Source: an uncultured Rhodothermales bacterium (GTDB taxonomy: Bacteria > Bacteroidota > Rhodothermia > Rhodothermales > CAZKDQ01). From it: a stretch of 43,241 nucleotides of DNA. Below are positions 43,220 through 43,241 of the stretch, in pieces. The DNA lies in contig CAZKDQ010000004.1 of NCBI GenBank assembly GCA_964551345.1, positions 12,036 to 55,276 on the forward strand. Direction: 5' to 3'. The notes under the pieces are model-generated. The model searched no databases, had not been told where the DNA came from, and was given only the letters and a program-made list of their open reading frames with translations. Position numbers and translations under genes: made by a program. Positions within the stretch are counted from its first letter, which is position 1, and each line of letters begins with the position of its first letter.

Positions 43220-43241
43220 AGTGTGCCATGCTCCGCGTCGT

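Noticed and set aside
43229-43241. ATG at 43229, directly after the last gene, possibly starting another ORF.
   Set aside because: Only 13 nt are inside the window, which is too short to support any call.
1-43241. Scan for CRISPR arrays, IS elements or transposases, integrases, rRNA or tRNA genes, and large direct or inverted repeats.
   Set aside because: I found no regularly spaced repeats and no transposase or integrase-like ORFs. No rRNA-like or cloverleaf-forming segment was found by eye. A by-eye scan of 43 kb cannot exclude short or degenerate elements.

Overview
This is a visibly GC-rich bacterial chromosomal segment, densely coding on both strands. I found no rRNA or tRNA gene, CRISPR array, transposase or integrase. 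It opens with the distal end of the ribosomal-protein supercluster (secY partial, map, rpmJ, rpsM, rpsK, rpsD, rpoA, rplQ); infA is not in its usual slot. Next come a bifunctional RelA/SpoT homologue, an IHF/HU-like protein, ruvX, def and an M23 peptidase. The rest is a mosaic of housekeeping genes (aat, pfkA, ubiE, prmA, apbC/mrp, nifU-like, pyrR-pyrB, an aminotransferase, a guanine-deaminase-like gene, an Asp racemase-like gene) interleaved with small accessory-looking modules. The gene content (tandem DUF3857/transglutaminase-like proteins, a stand-alone HsdR_N protein, a MerC-domain protein, DUF1460, DUF2461, an AttH-like lipoprotein) suggests a Bacteroidota/Rhodothermota-type organism; that is inference only. 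Most of the window is ordinary core genome. I could not identify a recognisable defence or mobile system. The items most worth a second look are: (1) a secreted 589-aa protein made of four tandem copies of a domain I cannot name (19578-21347); (2) the divergently transcribed, sigma-less partner-switching operon headed by a polytopic-membrane GAF-PP2C phosphatase (16314-19407); (3) a translationally coupled MerC-like membrane protein plus an RHH/four-Cys zinc-ribbon protein (10662-11455); (4) a tandem pair of DUF3857/transglutaminase-like paralogues in which one copy has lost the catalytic residues (39291-43219); (5) an att-like ABC/FtsX/AttH cluster with a PD-(D/E)xK HsdR_N gene attached to its 3' end (31148-36030). 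All family assignments come from reading motifs in the supplied translations. No database search was run.
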